From contig CAVRCJ010000005.1 of the NCBI GenBank assembly GCA_963719515.1, positions 160,001 through 224,000 of the forward strand: 64,000 nt of DNA, read 5' to 3'. Made by a program: the position numbers and the translations under genes. The notes below the pieces were generated by a model. It did no database searches. It saw only the letters and a list, made by a program, of their open reading frames with translations, and had not been told where the DNA came from. Shown piece by piece: positions 1 to 7,801 of the stretch (positions are counted from its first letter, which is position 1; every line of letters begins with the position of its first letter). This DNA comes from an uncultured cyanobacterium (lineage in GTDB: Bacteria > Cyanobacteriota > Cyanobacteriia > CAKZMO01).

Positions 1-232
1 CTACTGTGTGGGCACTTGTTCTCTATTTATTATCCATCCTAGCCTGCGGGAGTTGCCTTCTATGTGCAGCGGATAACTTGCTCTATCGACCGGAAGCCTA
101 GCTAGGCGCTATCCGGAATTGGGGCTCAGGCCATTGATTCTTTAGTGAAGGCACTGCCGTAGAATGGCCACTACAGCGACAGCCTTGTTGTCACCGTTAC
201 ATTGATTGAGAGCCTGCACCGAGCCCCCCGCG

Positions 233-2274
233 ATGAAAACACTGCCGTTTATCATTGAGAAGTTCGTCCTCAGAGACAGGCGATCGCAGACTGGCGAGCA
301 AGTTGAGCTGGTCGACGACTTTAAGGCGTTTCCCCAGGGCAGCGATACCGCAATTCCGGGCTACTTTATCATGAGCAGCGCAACGCCCAATATAGATGGC
401 GACCGCGACTCTAGTGACGCGACCACAGATGGGAAAAGCGCCCGAGCTGCCCAGCAGCATAACCTGGAGAATGCGGCCCAGGGCATTAAGGAGATCGCCA
501 ACTACCTCTACCAGATCTACACCGACACAGAAAAGTCCCCAGAACTCGTGATCGCCGTCCACGGCTACAACACCAGCCGTAGATCGGTAAAGAGCTGGTA
601 CAAAGACATCTTCTACTACATCAACCGCTACGACGCGGCGATCGCCGACCCCAAAAACCAGGTGTTCATTGGCTATCGCTGGCCGTCTGAGAGCGTCAGG
701 GTGGGCCGCCTGTTTGAATCTTTAATTGCGCTACCGCCGCTGCCGCGTGACCTGCTGGTCTTCGGAGGCCTAGCAACCCTGGGGCTACTAGTCATTGGGC
801 TACTAGAATTATTTCTTTGGGAAAAGCTCGTCGCCGCGCTCCTGCTGACTATTCCGCTATTTATGCTGACGATGCTGGGCCTAATGATGGTCACCTTAGT
901 GATAATGCGGCTGGTGGTCTACTTTCGCGATCGCTACCGGGCCAGCAATTTCGGCGTCTTGGACTTAGTGGAGCTGCTGCGGCAGATTGACTGGGCGCTG
1001 GTGCAGCTGAAGGCCAACGATATTGCGGACGACATTAAAATGCAAAGTCCGAGCTACTCAGAGACTGAGACCAACAGTAGAGGCTTTAGACCAGGCCACC
1101 AAGGAATGGCGACAGGAAGCGCGACGGGTGAAGCTGTCCTTTATTGGTCACAGCATGGGCGGCTTCGTGGTCACCAACGCGGTGCGCATTCTGTCAGATG
1201 TCTTCGACTCTCGCTCCATTGAGCAGCACCCCCCCGCTGACGTCGGATCCGTATTTCGGCTGGAGCGGCTGCTGCTGGCCTCCCCCGACATCCCGATTCT
1301 CGACCCTGATCTCTAGCCGGGCTAACTTCTTGGCCTCCTCCCTGCGCCGCTTTGCCGAATCCTACCTGTTCACTAGCGAGGGAGATATCGCCCTAAGAAT
1401 GGCCTCCACCACCGCCAACTACATTGCCTTTCCCAGCCGTACCCAGCATCAGGGCTACCGCCTGGGCAACGTCGCGCTGCAGGATGGAGACTTCGGCATC
1501 ATTAACCTCGACGCATTGAACAACGATTTCATTGAAGGTAAACCTCTTCAGGAGATTATTACTGGGTCATCTCAGAAAATTTTATCCAATCTGTTTGTGA
1601 CGGCTGAGCGATCTGGGGCCGATCGCTACGTCACTTTAGATAAGCTCTTCCGAAAGCAGCCTGGACAGGAAAACAAACAGATCACCGTAGCCGATTTTTT
1701 TACTTTCTTCGACTGCACAGACTACAAAGACGTTGAGTTCTCTGTGAGGGATCTGCATCGAACGCGAGAGCCTGGGCTAAGCGGCCTGTTTGCCTGGGCT
1801 AGGGAGAAAAAGCCGCTCGGGCCCTTTGACTATTTTTGGCTGACGGTTGACTACGCGACGCGCAGACTAGACGCCCCGAAGGGCATACTCACCAGCGCTC
1901 AGCGCAAGAAGATGCTGCGTCCCTTTGATTACTTTGGATTAGCCGTCGACTACATCACCGGAAGGCGAGACGTACATGGGGGCTACTTTCGAGGTGAGTT
2001 TACCCAGCAGATAATCTACCGCACGGCGTTTCTGGGGTTTACGGGATACTTAAAGACGGTAGATGACGATCCTCGAAACGCTTTTGACCCCAGCGGCGCT
2101 CTGAGTAAGTTTGACGCCGCCTGCCAAGAGAAAGGCATCCAGGGATTTTTGTCACCCATTCGCTACCGCGTTGATATTCAAAAGCACAAGCTCTCTGAGA
2201 CGATTCGGGAGCTGTTAGTGGCGATCGCCCCACCGCTGGAGAAAAAAGTCGAGGAGAAAGTCAAAGAGGAATAG
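233..2274 (+). CDS. Alpha/beta hydrolase (DUF900-like) membrane protein, split by two apparent +1 frameshifts (~1040-1080 and ~1302)
   Basis: ORFs 206-1222, 1023-1316 and 1144-2274 supply consecutive motifs VHGYN, IGYRWPS, GHSMG (nucleophile elbow), LLLASPDIP, SEGDIAL and DVHGGYF. Confidence 0.7.
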
Positions 2275-3844
2275 GGTCGAGGGTATAGTTGCGCCAATCG
2301 TGCGCCTCCATCTCGATGATGTGGGGCTGCACGGTGAAGCGGGCGGGTGAATCGGCGCTTACCTCAATGCGGGCGAAAGAGTAGGGGCGACGCTTGTCCG
2401 AGCCGTGGCCGTGGCGGCCGATGAACAGGTGCGATCGCGCTACGGGCCACTGCTTGCCGTCTACGTCCTCAAACAAGATGTCTCCCTCGATTCGCTGCCG
2501 CCGCAGGCTGTAGCCGCTGCCGCCGCACACCACCCAGTTGATGTTGGCGTCGCCGTGGCGCATGTCCTCAGTGCGCAGATAGTCAAAGCAGTGGGCGTGA
2601 CCGCAAAGCACCAGGTCGACCACGGGGCGGCCATCCATCTGCGCGCCCGCCGCTTCGAGCACTTGGTCAAACACCTGCCGCAGCCGGGCGCGCACCCCCA
2701 AGGTCTGGCCCTGGTTCCACTTGGTGGCCTCCGTGATGTAGGGGGGGTGGTGGAAAAACACGACCCGTCCCCGAACTTCGCCGCCCGTTCCGTAATTGCG
2801 CCACGAATCGGTCAGCCGCTGCCGCAGCCAGTCGAGCTGCTCAGTATCCACGTCCATCTTGCGTTGGGTTTGGTCAAGCTGTTTCTCGGCGTCGCGGATC
2901 TCTTCTTCAATTTGCTCGTACTTGGCGTGCAGCTCATCGATATCTTCGGCTTGCTCGGGATCGTTCTCATCCAGCGCCGCTGCCTGCTCTAGAATTCTCT
3001 CCTGCTCCTGCCGCCAGCTTTCCTGCTGCTTCCGCAGGCGATCGCGTCTGTCGTCTCCACTTTCGCTGTCGGGCACCACGAATGGGGCGTTGATGGTGTT
3101 GGAGTCGAGGGCGTAAAACTCGATGCCCTGGTGGCGAAACCAGTAGTAGCGGTTGGGCAGTCGCGTGAACTTGCCGGGCTGGTAGCTCAGGCAGCGTCCG
3201 GTGTCGGTTTGGGCGGTGTAGTGCTGATCTAGGTGGCGCTTTAGCTGCTGGGGGTTCAAGCGCTTGAGGTAGTCTAAAAAGGCGCGGCTGTAGGCGTCGC
3301 CGACGTAGGAGCCATGCAGACCAAAGTTCATATCGAGCTGCCGCCGCAGCAGATAGCGCACCGGCAGCATCACCTGCGCCGTGATGCCAAAGGCCAGGGG
3401 CAGATCGTAGTAGTCGTGGTTGCCCAATACCGGGAATACGGGCCGCTTAAAGGTCATGCGGTCGTAGGCGATGTCTTTGGGGCGATCGCCATCCACCAGC
3501 AGCTCGCGGTAGGGCTTGATAAAGTTGTCGGGGTACTGCTCGCTAGACCCCACTAGGTAAACCACGTCGCCGGTGTGCAGGATAAACTCGCAGTCGTGGC
3601 TCTCCTTAATCATCTGCTCCGCCACCCGCCGCTGGGGGTGATCGCCCCGGTGCTTACCTGCTCCGGTGTCGCCAATGACTAAAAACGAAAAAGCTGAGCC
3701 ATTTTGCCCAGGGTCCGCGCCGTTGTCTAACACAAGCCGCGTTTGGTCAATGCCCCGCGCCTTAATTTCGGCGTGCTGCCAGCGGACCCGCTCCCGCATT
3801 AGGGCGATCTTTTTGAGGATGGGCGGGTCTTTGACGAGTTTCAT
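2261..3844 (-). CDS. Calcineurin-like metallophosphoesterase with coiled-coil insert
   Basis: Motifs IGDTG, HTGDVVY, GNHDY, FFHHPPY and GHAH. Confidence 0.85.
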   Translation of the reverse strand: MKLVKDPPILKKIALMRERVRWQHAEIKARGIDQTRLVLDNGADPGQNGSAFSFLVIGDTGAGKHRGDHPQRRVAEQMIKESHDCEFILHTGDVVYLVGSSEQYPDNFIKPYRELLVDGDRPKDIAYDRMTFKRPVFPVLGNHDYYDLPLAFGITAQVMLPVRYLLRRQLDMNFGLHGSYVGDAYSRAFLDYLKRLNPQQLKRHLDQHYTAQTDTGRCLSYQPGKFTRLPNRYYWFRHQGIEFYALDSNTINAPFVVPDSESGDDRRDRLRKQQESWRQEQERILEQAAALDENDPEQAEDIDELHAKYEQIEEEIRDAEKQLDQTQRKMDVDTEQLDWLRQRLTDSWRNYGTGGEVRGRVVFFHHPPYITEATKWNQGQTLGVRARLRQVFDQVLEAAGAQMDGRPVVDLVLCGHAHCFDYLRTEDMRHGDANINWVVCGGSGYSLRRQRIEGDILFEDVDGKQWPVARSHLFIGRHGHGSDKRRPYSFARIEVSADSPARFTVQPHIIEMEAHDWRNYTLDPIPL

Positions 3845-3906
3845 TGAGGGTGCAGAGAGGTGAAGTGCCTAAGCCAGTTTAAGCCAGTTTTCGAGCTAGC
3901 ACCACA

Positions 3907-4663
3907 CTACACCTCATCCCGGACTTCTGTCGGCTTTGCGGCGGCAAGCACATATTCTGGGTCATCGTCATCGCCACCGAACAGGCCAAACAGCGGCCCG
4001 AGCGCGGCTCCAAACAAAAAGCCGCCCGCGTGCGCCCAGTAGGCCACGCCGCCGCTCTCCATACCGACGTTGGCCGGGAGCCCCCAGGCTGGCAAACCCA
4101 TAGAGCGCCTGCTGCAAAAACCAGATGCCCAAAAACAGCAGCGCCGGGATGCGGGTCGTGAAGAAGAAGAAGCCCAGGGGAATCAAGGTTAAAATCCGCA
4201 CCTTGGGGTAGCGGAAGATGTAGGCCCCCATGACGCCAGCGATCGCCCCACTCGCGCCCAGGGAGGGAATGGCCGACTCTGGGGCAAAAAACCACTGAGC
4301 CAAAGACGCCAGCACGCCGCAGATGAGATAAAACACCAAAAAGCGGACGCGCCCCAGCTGCTCTTCTAGGTTGTTGCCAAAAATCCACAGGTAGAGCATG
4401 TTGCCCGCGACGTGCAAAAAGCCCGCGTGCAAAAATTCAGCCGACACCAGCGTCCCCCACTCCGAGAAGGTGGCTCCGCCAAAGCCGCTGTGAAAGCTGT
4501 CGGTGAGTTGCTTGGGCACCACGGCCCAGTGGTAGAAGAAGTCGGTGAGCTGCTGCGGGGGCAGCGTGGACTCGTAGAAAAAGAGCAGTACGTTGACGGC
4601 AATCAGCCCGTAGGTAACGTAGGGCGTGATTTTGATTGGGTTTTCATCACGAAGAGGAACCAC
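3907..4663 (-). CDS. Rhomboid intramembrane serine protease (frameshift near 4073-4085)
   Basis: FLHAGFLHVAGNM and GASG (catalytic Ser) lie in ORF 3968-4663; AHAGGF (catalytic His) lies in the shifted frame 3907-4101. Confidence 0.85.
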
Positions 4664-4688
4664 AGACAGCGTGACCTGTAAAAATAAC

Positions 4689-5675
4689 TCACTTACCGTA
4701 GCGAATTTCGCCGGGGATTTTCCTCTCTCCTGCGCTAGGTTTTGCCCGGCTTGCCCTCACTTCGTAGGCCAGCAAGACCGCCACCGCCACCGCCAGCGGC
4801 AGCAGAAAATAGACAATGCGGTACACCAGCAGGGCCGCCAAGAGCTGGTCTGAAGGCACCGAGGGAGATAGGATCATCAGCATCACCGTTTCAAACACCC
4901 CCAGCCCCCCCGGAACGCTGCTAAACACCCCGGCGAACTGAGCCAGCAAAAAGGCGCTGAGAACGCTGCCGTAGGGCGGCGAACCGGGTAGCAGGACGGT
5001 CAAAATGGCGGCGGCCAAGGCCCAGTCGACGAGCGTCAGAACCAGCTGGGCGATCGCCAGCGGCAGCGGCAGCCGAGGCAGGGTCCACCGCCCCAGGGTT
5101 AGTCCTCGCTGGCTGAGGGCGCTCCAGCCAAAGTAGCCGAGGGTGATGGCCAGGCCCAAAACACCAACCCGCTGGAGCAGGGCCTCAGACAGGGGGAGCC
5201 CTGGGGGAATGTCGGGAGGGTGGAAGGTAAATACGGTGCCCCCCACCGCAAACAGCCCCACCCAAAAGCTGAGGCTGCAAAAGGCAATGATTTGAGCGAT
5301 CGCCAGGTTAGAAACGCCCCAGCGGCGATAGAAGCGATAGCGAATGGCGCTGCCGCTGAGGGCGGAGAACCCGGCGGTGCGGCTGATGGCGTAGGTCAAA
5401 AAAGCGGCTAGGGCCGTACGGCGGTAGGGCAGCGGGCAGCGGGCAAACCGAGCGGCGAGGGCGTCGTAGCCGGTCAGCGTGAGGTAGCTGAGGCCGACTA
5501 AGGCGATCGCGGTGGCTAGGGCGGCTGGGGGGATGGCCCAGATGCCCTGAAGAATATCCTGCAGGCTATAGCGCCCTAGCTCTTGGCGGATGGCCCAGGC
5601 GCACAGCCCAAATATACCCAGGCCAAGGACGGCAGGAATGATACGGGAGAGTCGGCGCAGGGTGATATGGGGCAT
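4689..5675 (-). CDS. Lysylphosphatidylglycerol synthase-like TM protein (UPF0104 / MprF N-terminal-like)
   Basis: Multi-TM protein with GSAIRYRFY, PGGLGVFE and LLVYRIVYFLLPL. Confidence 0.8.
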   Translation of the reverse strand: MPHITLRRLSRIIPAVLGLGIFGLCAWAIRQELGRYSLQDILQGIWAIPPAALATAIALVGLSYLTLTGYDALAARFARCPLPYRRTALAAFLTYAISRTAGFSALSGSAIRYRFYRRWGVSNLAIAQIIAFCSLSFWVGLFAVGGTVFTFHPPDIPPGLPLSEALLQRVGVLGLAITLGYFGWSALSQRGLTLGRWTLPRLPLPLAIAQLVLTLVDWALAAAILTVLLPGSPPYGSVLSAFLLAQFAGVFSSVPGGLGVFETVMLMILSPSVPSDQLLAALLVYRIVYFLLPLAVAVAVLLAYEVRASRAKPSAGERKIPGEIRYGK

Positions 5676-5977
5676 AGGAAGATTTTACGGGAGACCCTCA
5701 GCTTATCTAGGCTTCTGGGGGCTTCGCCCGCCTGCGAGGGCGAAGCGATTCTTTGAAGGGGCGATCGCGAAGTGAGCCTGCAGCGCTGATCGCCTAGCCT
5801 TTTACCACCAGGGCAATATGCTCCAAGATCTAATTGTGCCATTCCTGAAAAAATGACTCACCTTCAGCGCGCGTGAGGTGGAGCCGCTGCTCGGCGTCTG
5901 CTAGCGTTGTGATGGCATTCGGAGTCGCAACTGACATCGGTCGTAAATGGGCCAGAACCCTGCTCGACTAGTCTTAT

Positions 5978-6390
5978 AGAAGACGCCTTATATCCCACCG
6001 CTAAAGCGGTGGGATATAAGGCGGTGAGCGCAGCGAACAATCCCGAAACCCTCACCGTTACTGGGATTTGCTATAATAGAGATGGTCAATGACCCACCCG
6101 AGACGCAGACGCAACAGACAGCCTAACGTGACGAAATCGGCAACAAGCTGATGGCGCGGACAGCTCGGTAGACCGGGAAAAGAGGATAGGGCAACGGAGA
6201 CGACCCTAGAATCAACAATCAACATAGAATTCCTTGAATTCAACAAATAAGAACCGCAGGGCTTGCGGGGATAGTCTGTGGAGCGACCGTAAGACCGGAA
6301 AGGCTTAGGCCTCGAAGGCAGGTGCTATGAAGCAGAAAAATCTTGGAGCGATCCAAGAATCCCACGTGCTTTAGCCGTGGGAGAAGTCAA
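5978..6390 (+). mobile_element. Non-autonomous IS200/IS605-family mini-element (left-end hairpin, promoter, short cargo, omegaRNA-like right end); no transposase or TnpB
   Basis: Perfect 19-bp inverted repeat at 5984-6002/6005-6023; TGnTATAAT at 6069-6077; right end ...AATCCCACGTGCTTTAGCCGTGGGAGAAGTCAA. Both ends align by eye with the ends of the tnpB element at 28508-29866. Confidence 0.8.
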
Positions 6391-6485
6391 TGTATGGCGT
6401 TGGTATGGGTTGAGTTGGCGGCGATCGCAACAGGGAAATCTGCGCGGGGTATGATAGCGCTTTAAGCGACTGTAGGCGTGGGACG

Positions 6486-7780
6486 ATGACTAGCCGCCAA
6501 GAGATGGAAGACCTGCTCGATGAAATGTACAATGCCTTTTCTCCTACGCCGCTACAGCCAGGAGACCCGGCCTATGTAGATTGTCGGGCCGTTCGGGGGG
6601 ATGAGGATGTGCTGGAGGATCTGGGGCGCACGGTAAGGCGATCGCAGATTTTGACCTACCAACTCTATTCCGGCTACCGGGGCTCGGGGAAAACTACAGA
6701 GCTGCTGCGGCTGAAGAAGCACTTAGAAGACAAAGGCCACGTGATGGTCTACTTCGCGGCGGATGAGGAAGACCTCAGCGTCCAGGACGCCCGTACACCG
6801 ATATTTTGCTGGCCTGCACCCGGCACCTGCTGCGCAAACTCGACGAGGCCAACCCAGACCCAATTCTCGACTGGCTGAAAGGGCGGCTCCGCGACCTAAA
6901 GGACGTGATGCTGACTGAGATTAGCGCAGATGACATCACCATAGAGGTGGGGCTGAAGGAGTTCGCTAAGCTGACGACGGCGGTGCGCCGAGAGCCGGGC
7001 CAGCGGCAAAAGATTCGCGATCGCATTGAGCCCCACACCGAGACGCTGATTCAGGCGCTGAATGCGTTTATTGCCGATGGTAAAGGGCAGCTACCAGAAA
7101 AGACAAAGCTGCTGGTGATTGCCGATAACCTGGACCGCATTGTGCCGATCTTTCGCGACAACGGACGCAGCAACCACGAGGAGATCTTTCTCGATCGCCA
7201 CGAGCAGCTAAAGGCGCTGGACTGCCATATTATCTACACGGTGCCGATTTCGATGGTCTATTCTCGCTGGGCCACGGAGCTAAAGGACAACTACGGCATT
7301 CCGCAGGTGCTGCCGTCGATTATGGTGCGGCAGGAGGATGGTGAGCCTTACGCTGCGGGGTTGGAGAAGCTGCAGGAGATCGTTCGGCTGAGAGTACCGG
7401 AGCATTTGCGGGCGTCGCTGGTGCCGGAGGTGTTTGAGTCGGTGGAGGTGCTGCAGGAGCTTTGTTTGATCAGCGGCGGCTATGCGCGGGATTTGGTGCA
7501 GCTGATGCAGGAGGCGATCAATAGGACGGAGACGCTGCCGATTCGGGCGCGGGCGGTGCAGCGGGCGGCGGATTCGCTGCGGGATGTGTATCGGCGAGCA
7601 GTGGAGGAGGACCAGTGGGCAGTGCTGCGGGAGATCCACAGCGATAGAAAGATCGATAATGGAGAGGTAGAGCGGAGCTTGCTGTTCAGCCGCTGCGTGC
7701 TGGAGTATCGCTATTACGATGCGCAGGGCAGTAAGCAAACCTGGTATGACGTTCATCCGGTGTTGTGGAAGGAGCTGTAG
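6486..7780 (+). CDS. P-loop (AAA+/STAND-like) ATPase, ~431 aa after correcting a 1-nt deletion near 6791
   Basis: Walker A GYRGSGKTT in ORF 6486-6878; Walker B VIADNLDR, SGGYAR and C-terminal WYDVHP in ORF 6806-7780. Confidence 0.8.
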
Positions 7781-7801
7781 TGGCTGAGCAACTGAGGAAA
7801 G

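Noticed and set aside
6130..6185. Hammerhead ribozyme in the mini-element cargo (CTGATGG...GAAA)
   Set aside because: The core deviates from CUGANGA and I could not build the three required stems.
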